NCBI GenBank assembly: GCA_036630325.1
Contig: CP142737.1
Coordinates: 186,001 to 250,000 of the forward strand
Length of the DNA: 64,000 bases
DNA from: Vairimorpha necatrix
Taxonomy: Eukaryota
Reading direction: 5' to 3'
In this document: in pieces, positions 25,101 to 35,800 of the stretch
How positions within the stretch are numbered: the stretch's first letter is position 1
Layout of the letters: each line of letters starts with the position of its first letter
The notes under the pieces: model-generated
Database searches by the model: none
The model's input: only the letters and a program-made list of their open reading frames with translations
Told to the model about the DNA's origin: nothing
Made by a program: the position numbers and the translations under genes

Positions 25101-25283
25101 CTTCTTTACATTTTTCTCAAAATCATAATCAGACAATACTAATCCATAAACAATCCTCTTAAACTCTTCTAATAACCTTCTGGCCTCTTGACCACAGCCA
25201 ACACTTGTTAACTCACGATTCGGTATCGCCCCCATGTATTTATTTATCATAATTGCGGATCAAAAATATAAGAATATATAACA
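22143..25283 (-). mobile_element. Ty3/gypsy LTR retrotransposon with 49-bp LTRs (element 2), decayed
   Basis: 49-bp TG...CA repeats at 22143-22191 and 25235-25283 (1 mismatch). TSD TTAAG (22138-22142, 25284-25288). PPT GGAGGGGGGA (22192-22201, minus). PBS TGGGGGCGATACCG (25221-25234, minus). Confidence 0.92.
22209..25250 (-). pseudogene. gag-pol of element 2 (Gag-CCHC, RT, RNase H, integrase), broken by stops and frameshifts
   Basis: CYNCSRMGHKSQMC zinc knuckle, RT FSVIDLKEAF/YMDD, RNase H RTDASN, integrase zinc finger (HEEHG..CEEC), LDLID, ITDMG, SNGRVERVI. Gypsy order RT-RH-INT. Confidence 0.9.
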
Positions 25284-25482
25284 TTAAGTATCATTTCAAT
25301 TAGAATAAAATATGTCAAGTACCTTTTAAGGAAATATTATTATAAATAAATGGCTATTAGATAAACCACACAATAAAAGGTTTTATTTTGTTACTTATTT
25401 ATGTCTTAAAGATATTAATTATTTTATATTGACACATGGTTATTACAATTTAACATTTATATTGCATCTCTATATAATAGTA

Positions 25483-27043
25483 CCGGGTTTTCCGGGTTAA
25501 GAGATCCACCCCAAAAGTCGAATTTTGCGACTTTTTAAAAAGAAATTATTATACTAGTGTAAGCGATCCACCCCCAGCCAAATGGTAAAAAAATTATATT
25601 AGAAAAAATGAACCCTTTATTGTAATAAATATTTAAATTTCTATAAAATCTTCAAACAAATTTTCACAGTCTAGGCCTTCGTCTTCAATTTCAGCACAAT
25701 TAAGAACATCTTGAAGTTTATTGTTTAAATTAAAAGTATTGTTTTCATGAAAAATTGAATCTGTTCCACACAATCTAAAAGCCTTAGAAGCCATTTCGGG
25801 AGTTGTTTTTTTTAATGCATCCGCTATTGAATTCAAAATATATTTTAAGCTCGGTCTACGCCTATAACCTTTATTTGTATATTCCTTTGGCCCGTTTGCA
25901 AGCCATTCCTGCCATTTTCTTTTTAATTCGGCCTTAAATGAAGAATTTATCAAAACATCCAATGGTTGTAAATAAGACGTAGTTTGGGGTGGGGGGAATT
26001 AAAACGGTTTCAATGTTATTATTAGCAAAACTTTCCATAACTTTTTCAGTATAGTGAGATTTATAGGTGTCAGGAATAAGAAGTTTTTTTTTTCTATTTT
26101 CAAATGGCCCATATTTGTTTAAACATGCACGAATCCATAATAACATCAGATTTTGATCCATGTTCCCTGATTCAGATGTAACTACAAAAAGATTATTTGG
26201 CACAAAGCATTTTGGCGGGTTTTTAAGGCGTTTTAAAATGGCCATTCCCCTTAAAACAGTACCTTCTGAAGAAATAGTAATAACGACGGAAATTTTAGTC
26301 TTAAGATTTCCAGTTGTATATGCCTCAGTGTTTTTTTCGCCGGTAAATGATAATGTCCGCGATTGCATCATATTATTGTAAACAGGAGTTTCATCCATAT
26401 TATACACCACTGTTTGGCTGTCCATACAGTTAAATTTATGATTAAAGGCTTCAAAATAATTCAACACGGTTTCTTTAATCTTCTGAGGCCTTCTGTTGTC
26501 TTCCTGTCCAAAAGATGTTATTTTTCTAAATGAAAAATGATTTCTTCTTTTGAACCCCATCAACCAACTCATACTTGCCTTAAAATCTGTAATGGACAAC
26601 TTCTCTGCTATTTCAAAAGCCTTATCTCTAATATTATAAGTTGAGATAATTCGCTTCTTTTCACCTCGCTCTACCTTCACCCAATCCACCAACATTTTTT
26701 CAAGAGGAGGCCATTTGGCAGAAGTACCGGCACGCATTCTTTTAATATTTTTAATGTTGCTTTGGCCTAACATTTTAACTTCGGCCTTTTTTCCAATCAC
26801 GAAGCATTTTCCTAGTAATCTGCAACTCTAGAGCAGTCATACTTAAATTTCCATTGTTTTCCCGCAATCTTTGTAATCCTGCTAATTTTTCTTTTAGAGT
26901 GTAAGATTTCATTTTCATGGAGGTAAATTTAGAAAAAAAATTTAAAAGATATTTCAAATATTTTATATCCTTATAAGAGATCATCCCAAATAAGAGACCA
27001 CGGATCTCTTATATGGGTGGATCTCTTAACCCGGAAACCCCGG
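25483..27043 (-). mobile_element. pogo/Tigger-family (Tc1/mariner superfamily) DNA transposon
   Basis: 29-bp TIRs CCGGGTTTTCCGGGTTAAGAGATCCACCC / GGGTGGATCTCTTAACCCGGAAACCCCGG (1 mismatch), with TA on both flanks (25481-82, 27044-45). Confidence 0.92.
25633..26984 (-). pseudogene. pogo-type transposase (CENP-B-like HTH plus DDE_1), two frameshifts
   Basis: SYTLKEKL..HTH, FKASMSWLMGFKRR, NMDETP, PDTYKSH, (L)QPLDV across a frameshift, KAFRLCG. Confidence 0.88.
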
Positions 27044-27094
27044 TAAAAAAATTCAAAAAAGAAAAAAAAACATCAAACGTTAAAATATTTAATG

Positions 27095-28898
27095 TTAAAG
27101 CGAAACGTGAAATGTCGAATGTTCATCCGACATTATTTCTTCAAAATTAGGTTCTAAATACTTGTAGCAATCTTTAATACCAAGTGTAGATTTTCGTCAG
27201 TAATTTGTGATCGATACTTATTTTTCGTGGAAACCATTAAAGAAAAAGTTCTCTCACAAATATAAGTCGAACCAAATAAAACAAGATATTTCTGAGCATA
27301 GTTCAAAAAATGTTTGAAAAGTTCATTATTTTAACGCGCCATAGAAAGCACTCAAATCGTTTGAGTGAAAATTTTATTTTAGTAAATTATTTGATTGTAA
27401 GTCAATTAGTTCTAGTTGAATTTCAACAGGAGCTTCTTGCACGTCGAAATTGAAAAAATGGCCAATTAATGATAAAGGTTTTTCAATATCTTTGAAATCT
27501 TGAAATCTTTTTTGGAATTCAGAATGCAGGTCTTGTGTTATTGCACTATATTTAAATAAAACTGTATTTTTTAATGATTCTCGCCGTGCTTGCAATGAGG
27601 GGAAATGATTTAATAATTTATTATTAAAGTTTTCAGCAAATAATTTGAGTTTTGTCATAAATGCTTTGACGTTTGAGTGCATATTGAAAGCGAATTGGTT
27701 TTTACCTTGTAGATTTATATTTAGTTCATTCAAATATTTTACTATATCTACTGAAAACGAGAAATCGTTTAGCCAAGCCTCATTTTGCAATTCAGGAAAA
27801 TCTTGTAGTTTTTCTTTTATCGACAAGAATGATACTATTTATCAAGCAAATATTGAAATCTATGTAAAACTTTACCAATGCTAAGCCATCTCACTTCAGT
27901 GTAATAGGGAATTTCGTAGTAGTCACTTTCAATTTCCTTCAAAAATTCAAGAAACTGTCGATGATTTAAGGCACGTCCTCGGATAAAATTTACAACTTTG
28001 GTCACAACAGTAACGACGTGATTCAATTTCAAAACTTTTCTGCATAGCATTTCTTGGTGAATAATGCAGTGCAAAAATAAAATATCGTGTTCTGCTTGTA
28101 ACTTTTTTACTTTGTCGCGAATTCGTTTAAGTAAGCCTATATTTTTCCCTGTTAAACTAGGACAGCCCTGAGTGACGCTTACTATTTTATTCCAAGTTAA
28201 ACTAACTTCAACTAAACACTCTTCAACAGCGAGAAAAAGTCTTTACCAGTAGTTGTATTTTTCATTGGATGCACACTAAGAAGTTCCTCGCTAATTTCAC
28301 ATTTCTTATTAATGCCGCGAATAAATATTATAAATGACTTGTATCAGTAATATCGCAGGACTCATCTAAAGCCAGAGAACAATAGGTAAAATCAGCAATT
28401 TTTCTGCTTAGCTGATCAAGTAAGTTTCCTGAAATATACAATCCGGCGTACTATTGTTCTTCTCGAAAGGCTTAGATTTTCAAAAATATGTTTCTTTAAG
28501 GACAACATATCTCCGACACTTGTACCATGCATTGTTTAACAAATTCTGCTTCTGAAGACGGCTTACAGAACTTAGCAATTTTGTGTGCGAAAGCATAACT
28601 TGCTTTTGTAGTAGATTTCACAATATTAATTCGTTTGGTAAAAATTTTTTGATGCTGATTCAAGTTTTTTGTAAAGTTTTCAGCTATGTTTTGAAGTTCT
28701 TGTAAAAAAAGTGATGCATATTTTGGATGTTTTGTTGTAAAATGCCTGCTTTAATTGTATTCTTTGAAAACAGCAATTGTTTCCTGAAACTAAACAAATT
28801 GCTTTCTTATTAATGTTTGTAAAAAGATATTTTACCGTCCAAGCTTCATTGAAGTTTCTGCATTCCAAATCAACTTTTCTTTTTTTAGTTTCTCTCAT
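27095..28898 (-). pseudogene. hAT transposase (GTF2IRD2/Buster-like), frameshifted
   Basis: KKRKVDLECRNFNEAW, ALDES, HCIIHQE, EVRWLS, LNINLQGK, QLELIDLQ, FGSTYICERTFS, C-terminus ..STFHVSL*. Split over several ORFs. Confidence 0.88.
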
Positions 28899-30180
28899 TT
28901 TAAAAGGGCTACAAAAAAATAAGTTAAATAAAAACAATAAAAAAACACCTAAGTTTTAATAATTTACTTACAAAAAGTCTTCTTTTTCAATTTTATATAT
29001 GCAAACCAATGGTAGATTCGAACTAAAAAAGAGTGTCCGATCAGAATAAAATAATAATTAACAATACCTGGGCTGCGATCTGTCGCCCCCCCCCCCCCCA
29101 AACATTGAGAGGCTGAGAGGAGTGCAGCATATGTCTTCCACACATGCATTTTAAACCTAGCGGCGATCTACTTTGTGTGGATGAAATCCCCGCCATGAGC
29201 GATTGTCGCGAGCGACCCTCATCGTTCATACTAGTGCAATCAGCCAAACGCTTATTTTATTTCGCCTATTATATATACAGTTCGCATACTAATAATGTTT
29301 ATGTCAACAAAATCTTATAAAGAGTTTTAAAAAAATTGCGTTAGAATATTTCAGCGGGCCGGATAAAATTAGCAAAAGGGCCGGATCCGGCCCGCGGGCC
29401 GGCTTTTGCCCACCTCTGCTGTAGAGAGTAATGCTGTAATAAATCTTTTAGTATTAAATGTTCATCAGCCAAACACTCTTTTACACGCCAAAACCAACCT
29501 TTATTATCCACTTTCTTCCGTAAATTTGGACAATCGAATTACAAAATTCTGTAGTATGGAATCGCAAAAACATCTTATTATACTTTTTAAAGAAACTTAC
29601 TTGGCTTGTTTGAAACCCCGGCGTAATATCCAAGCAATTAGTATACTCCTTTTACTTATTCGAAGTAGCGACTAAAATACATATTATAGGTTTTAAGAAG
29701 CGTTTTGGAATTAGACGTAAATCTTTGTTAACCAAGCCATAGAAATCTATCAATATGAAAATTTACTTACACCTTTTATCATTTGGGAACATGCAACACA
29801 TCTTAGTAACAAATACAAAATTGTGCTCATTCGCAGTCTATCCCATCTTTAAATAGCACAATGCTTTCGACACTCTGCAGCGAGCATCTTTTCATAATTT
29901 AGTAATCTGTGGTTTCATGTTGACAATAAAATTATAACAAAATTGAAAGAAATTAAAAGACTCTGCGGCCTTAGTTCGTCGAAAATAATTGTTATGATTT
30001 TAAAGTCGTATTTGCCGCCTATTCTATTTGAAACAGTTTGATTATTTTCATAGTCATTAAAAGACAAAGTCACATTTTCAAACTACACATTTAAAATAAA
30101 TTAGCGAATTTTGGTTTTAAATTTAAAGAAAAAGATTATCAGATGGCATCTGATATAAAACCAATTAAAATATTTCGATT

Positions 30181-30891
30181 TTATTCTAAATGCATATTAT
30201 TCCAAACTGAGGAGATATTAGAATAAGAATTGACGTGTACCCCTAAAACATCAGAATTTAAAACGAAACCTGCTTCATAAATAACATTATTTTCTTTTGT
30301 ATCAATGATGTCTCTATGTATATTCCCTAGATTTTCATCATATTCAGTAATTAGTTGATCAAGATAAACTTTTCCATCATTATCATCCCCTGTAATATCA
30401 TAATATTTTTCATAAATCATCTTAATCTCATCAAAATTAAGTTCTTTAGTGTTAAAGTCAATACATATCAGAGTTTTATACAATTCTTTAGTTAACGATG
30501 CAATAATGAACGTTATTTTATCAATGCAATTTTCTTTGTTGCGCGAGGAGTTTGTATCCACGCCACCATTCAAAGCATATATATATTTCTTGACATTAAA
30601 TTCTTTCCTTTGCACTTTAAATTTTTCTTCATTAAGGCCCGTTTCGTCACTTATGTTAATTTCTATAGGAAATTTCATTTTATCCAAAGTAGAATCGAAG
30701 AGTATTGTTGCAATTTGAATTAATTTTTCTGAACGAAAATGGTCAATGTTATTCTTAATATGATTTGGATAAAGTACAGCAATGCATTTGTCAAATTCAT
30801 CAGTGTTTACTTCAGTTGTAGGTTGAGTTATTGCAGTCTTCATATTGAAGATAAAAAATCGAAAGCACAAACATCTTAGGGTTATGAACAT
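30181..30891 (-). CDS. Hypothetical, probably secreted protein (start uncertain)
   Basis: 236-aa ORF with a hydrophobic N-terminus. The CCC-preceded ATG at 30874 is out of frame by one base in a T6 run. Confidence 0.65.
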   Translation of the reverse strand: MFITLRCLCFRFFIFNMKTAITQPTTEVNTDEFDKCIAVLYPNHIKNNIDHFRSEKLIQIATILFDSTLDKMKFPIEINISDETGLNEEKFKVQRKEFNVKKYIYALNGGVDTNSSRNKENCIDKITFIIASLTKELYKTLICIDFNTKELNFDEIKMIYEKYYDITGDDNDGKVYLDQLITEYDENLGNIHRDIIDTKENNVIYEAGFVLNSDVLGVHVNSYSNISSVWNNMHLE

Positions 30892-31269
30892 TGTTTTATT
30901 TATAAAAAAACAATGAAATTTTAATTTATAAATTTGAAATAATAACTTATGCTAAATACATAAGTTTTCAGTTTCTCGATTTTTAGTATATTTAATTTTA
31001 CTGATTTTATTAATAACTTTTTCTAAAATTTATAAATTAAAATTAGCTAAAAAACTTTGAAATTTTGTTTTTTAAAGAACGCTCATTCTTCTTCTGCTAA
31101 ATTTTTGTTAAATGTTTGACTAAAATCAGAATTATTGTAAAAAAATGACTGGGTCAAAATTTTCAAAAGTACTTATATTTTTATAACCAAAAAACGGAAG
31201 AAAATACAAAAAATGATTTAAAAAAAAGTTATGTAATAAAATTTAAATAAATAAAGTATGACAAAAAAA

Positions 31270-32000
31270 ATAATATTACTAACTTAAAAGGTGACTTGAT
31301 TCCCCTTTCTTCTTTCATATAAAAGGTCAAATATATCTCATCAAGAAAATATACTAAAAATGTGATGTTATAAAGTTCTTTAATAACCCAAATTCCTTTT
31401 GATGTTGTTTAAATGGACACACAATTCCAATTTTCCAAATGTTTTGCTGTGTTTACAGTTGTATGATCCCTACTATGGTCTTTCGTGATCGTATAGACCC
31501 TCTGTATATCCAATTATATGGCGTGTTGAGATTATATATCCTCAAATAAAATCGGCAATGTATTGTCGTTTTTTAAATCACGAAGATCACCTCTTTTATT
31601 TCGGTTCTCTACGTCTTTGCGAAACACCAAAATTGTTTGACATATTTCTTGCTATGGCATTTTGGCCAATTTTACTTTGATCTATCTCTACAACGATTTT
31701 ATCTCATCTGCACACCTTAGGTAATAAAATATCCACCTTAAATTTTTAATTGATATAAAATTTTCCGGGTGTAAATTACTTTTTGTACGTTATAGGCCCC
31801 AGATTTAAAAATATGAGTACGTATACTTTCAAGATTCACAATAAGCAAATTCATCCTTAAAAAAGTAATTTAACTTCATATTTGAAAATATTGAAATATT
31901 TATAATAGAAAATCTTATTAATGCATATCGAAATTACACTTCAAAAAGCGTTTTCAATTATTACTTTGACTGCGTGACGCAATGGCCTGAGCCCGGACTT
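31270..32000 (-). mobile_element. Merlin transposase relic
   Basis: The minus strand near 31660-31705 reads DKIVVEIDQSKIG, the Merlin VEIDES motif. Boundaries approximate. Confidence 0.5.
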
Positions 32001-33118
32001 TCCTTATTTTTTACGTACTGAATTCGGCACAGACCTTAAGGTGGAGAAATGTTATTTACGAACAATATCCCCAAGAGTCGAAATTTTACTATTTGTTTAA
32101 TTTCATTCGGATTAACTTTTCTTGAGCTATAAACTTTTTTGTTTGTCTGATGATTTTTTCAAAAATATTATTCCCTTATGATGTCTGGTGACGCTTGACA
32201 GTAGGTCAAAATCTTCCACGGCCCATATGAGGCAATATGTTGGCTAGTGGAAGAAAAACTGCCCAAAACAACCATGGAATTTACGAACTGTTCCCGTATA
32301 ATGGTCTAAACTCCGGATAATTAGTATATAGATTGTCACCGGTTTAGGTGTAAGGGAAAACGGAATGTTGAACATCAATGGATGTTTTTGATAAACTTAA
32401 TTTTCTATTTTTAGAATATCTATATGAACTTATTTGTGTATTCTGTATTTATTCACTAAAAAGTGGTCTACACTAAACCTAAACAAAAATTCCCGCGTCA
32501 GCTTCCAGTATCTACAAGCTTAAAAAAATCGAAGCACTGAAAGTAAAATATCAACACAAAAAATGGAAGTTTTTGAAGAAGTGACTCGGGCCGAAGAAAC
32601 GATATAAGTAAAGGGGTTGTCAAGCGGTAAACTTACGCCAACCATCAGAATGCGCAGTCATAACGAATTATGCATTTGATTGGAGCAGATGAGATATTTG
32701 ATACTTTAAGTAATTCAAACAATTATGTTACAAATATACGTTCTACACATATTTGTACAATTTTTATTATATTTTTTTTTTTCGCCCAAAAATGCTACAG
32801 TTTGGAGGGAAGCAGTTGCAAAAATATTTCTTTAATTGTCCCAATAAGGACAGAATAAGTAAAAAAATAATAACAAATCTGGATATTCGAAAAATACTAA
32901 ACTTGTCTGGATACCGGCTTGACAACAGAGGTAATATGTAAAATCTTCATCGGAAAGGTATGATATAGTCAAATTGCACATGTTTGGTAGGAACAATAGA
33001 CGAGCGAACGTTAGAATTGAAAATTGAAATAGTAATTAACGCACTGTTACAGAAGATAACTGGTTTTTAAAAAAAACATGAAAAACGAAAGGATTTACAT
33101 GACTTTTGGTCAAAAATT

Positions 33119-34110
33119 GGCTAAAGTGAGCCTCAACTAACGAAAATGTATATTAAGGTTTTTGTTTTTTACCTTTTTTTAAAAAACGGAATAATGAATT
33201 TTGACTAGATAAGAAATCTATACAATCTAAAATATTTTGTTAAACTACAAAAAGAAACAAATAGGTAAAGTGTGTTATGGTAGAATGAGGTTGTTTAGAA
33301 AACAGGGTCGCCTCATCAAAAGTACATGGAAGGATTGTAGGCAGACAGTATCTATATGGAAAGATACTTTCCTTGAAAACTCTAAACTCGACCATATCAC
33401 AATTTTGCGGGTACTTATTTTTGGAATCTTGGCTATCCTCGTAAGTATATTAGCCAAATTTTAGATTGTTCTAAACGTTTGATATCCTTTATCTTAAAAT
33501 CTAAAAAAAATGAACATTTATGATAAAAATTTATCATCTTTGAACAAGACTGGCGAAAAAGATACTATAATAGAGATTAGTAAAATAAATTTGGTAGAAA
33601 AAAGTACAATAGAGGTAAAATAGTGAATGAGGTTATTTTTTTGGTCTATTAGAACGTTCTATTGATCGCAAAAATATTTAGATATATTTAAAGAAAGATA
33701 AAGAAACGCTTACGACGATTTTATTAAAATTTGTAAGTACGAAGAGTACTATAGATAGTGATATGTGGAGGGTTTACGATCCTTTGAATAAACATTTCAA
33801 TAGGCACCACATAATTAACCAATTTATACACTTTCGAGATCCTAATACTGGGTACATACCAATACCATAGAAGGTAATTGACGTTTAAACTAAATTCTAT
33901 ACTTATTAGAAATAAGTCAGCCATTATCGCCAAACTTTATTTATTTAGGTACATGCTTCAAAGAATTTATATTTTTGTTTTTAATGGTTAATTAAAATTA
34001 TTGTTCTAATTTTTAATTTTGCTATTACTCCACATTTTTTTTCACTTCATTGTTTAAAAAAGGGGTAAAAACCCCTATTGCATTTTCGTTAGCTAAAACT
34101 CACTGCAGCC
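33119..34110 (+). mobile_element. Merlin DNA transposon, decayed
   Basis: TIRs GGCTAAAGTGAGCCTCAACTAACGAAAATG vs revcomp GGCTGCAGTGAGTTTTAGCTAACGAAAATG. Fragments TWKDCRQTVSIWKDTF, KFGRKKYNRG, IDSDMWRVY, DPNTG.HTNTIEG. Confidence 0.8.
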
Positions 34111-34119
34111 AATTATATT

Positions 34120-34700
34120 ATCCCGCAGCCGTAAAATCTATGACATGATCATCGAGTTGTAAATCATAATGTCGGCTTTACCCTCGAAGCAAGAGAGACT
34201 TTAAATTTGATGGATGGAGTCTATCACATCTTAAATGTGATATAATAACTGAAAAAGGTATCAAAGAAAGTGCGTTCGGGGTTTCTGGAAGAATATAAAT
34301 AGAGAAGAAGATGGGCAATATATAAAAATATCTAGAGTCGCAGAGAGTTTTTTTAATTGAAATTATCAAATCTTTCTTAAAATAAAATGCTTTTTAATTG
34401 ACATTATTATTTTTTGTGTTTATCTCTAAGAGGCCCCTTGGAGTGAAAAAAGTTCGGGCCTAAGGCCGTTGCGCCGTCAAACGGGCAAATAGAAAGTTTA
34501 ACAGACATTAACCAAGACTATAAAAAAACGTATTTGAAGAGGGTTGATGGCGTTAAAAACTCTCGAAACTAACATAAAAAGATGGCTGAGTTCCCTTGAA
34601 AAAGTCGTTACAACTACAATTTAGCCAAACATAGTACAACAAAAGAGGGTTCATTCGACTTAACGAAATAAACTAGAATTGATTTTGTTTGTACTCAAAT
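34120..34700 (+). mobile_element. Degenerate retroviral-type integrase fragment (gypsy/Ginger-like)
   Basis: Frameshifted GQIES(F)NQTL, RWLSSLEKVV and NYNLAKHSTTK near 34480-34645. Confidence 0.45.
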
Positions 34701-35199
34701 TGTTACGAATCTACAGCTGATTGTTTGGAAGAAATTTAAATGGTTCTTAAGTCAGAAAATAAAAGAGATGTGTCGATTAGTGTTCTTGGTAAAAAAACTC
34801 AATCTTTTTCTATTGCTTCAAAATATCTTTTTAGAATAAATCGCCATTCATTGGTCCATATATCCAAATATGCTTTTGAAATTGGGACAGGATCATTGTA
34901 GCTAAAGACTTTGACAATAATATCAAAACGAAAAAAACCAAAACCATATACGTTTTTCTACGAAGAAATGATGACTGCAGAAATTCTCTCAAGCAACATA
35001 ATGAAATGTGAAACTGAATGAGATACACAAATTTTTTCTAAGTATAGGCTATTAACCATTAATATTAAAATACTATTTTAAAATTGCATTTGCGTACTTT
35101 TTATTTCTTTTTTTGTGTTTTTAAAAAGGGGCAACGCTGGCGTTTTACATTCATAAGCCCATTGAACTGCCAAAGGTTCTTAAAGTGTAGTTTTGCCTT

Positions 35200-35800
35200 A
35201 TTACTTTTCTAGGCAAAATGTACCTCTTGGAAAAAGACTAACCCCCTCAATTTGTTAGGTATGTATGTCGGGATCGTTAGGAAGTACAAAATCGTGGAAT
35301 GATTCACCACATATAATGGTCTAAATGCGACAGCTATGCTTTTGAAGGACTAGTGATTGCCCCAAGGAGAGTAGCAGTATTTCTACTAGCTACATAAACG
35401 GGAAAGACCCTTTCATGATCATTTCCACTTTTTATACTTACCACTGACATATGGTATGATTACCTCGATTATATTTTGCACGGAAGAATCGACTTTCCTT
35501 GATCTTAATCACTTTGGGAGTGCCGAATTCATTACGACCCTTTAACCTCCGACTAATAGTAGCCGCTTCGCAGATTATGCGATCTTGTAGACAAACCATA
35601 TGTACTTACGAGGTTCTGTCTATTTTAATTGCATCTGATATATCGAGTAAGGACCCCCCTACTGATATGCTCAAATATCATTCTTATAATTTTTAAAGAC
35701 TTGACATAGTGTTTTTATTAATAAAACTTCTTCTAACAGACTTTGAAGCTGTTTAGGAGTTAGTACAGTAATAAGCATATTTCTCTACAGTATTGAACTT
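35200..35800 (-). mobile_element. Merlin transposase relic
   Basis: The minus strand reads KVIKIKESRFFRAKYNRG..QW, VYVASRNTATL, VVNHS, DPDIHT*QIEG. Boundaries approximate. Confidence 0.65.

Larger units (their letters stand above)
21995..29418 (-). mobile_element. hAT transposon (Buster/Charlie/SPIN-like) carrying two nested insertions
   Basis: Perfect 14-bp TIRs CAGAGGTGGGCAAA (21995) and TTTGCCCACCTCTG (29405-29418). 8-bp TSD-like TTGTAGGG / CTGTAGAG (6/8 match, central TA). GGGCCGG subterminal repeats. About 2.7 kb after removing the nested elements. Confidence 0.9.
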
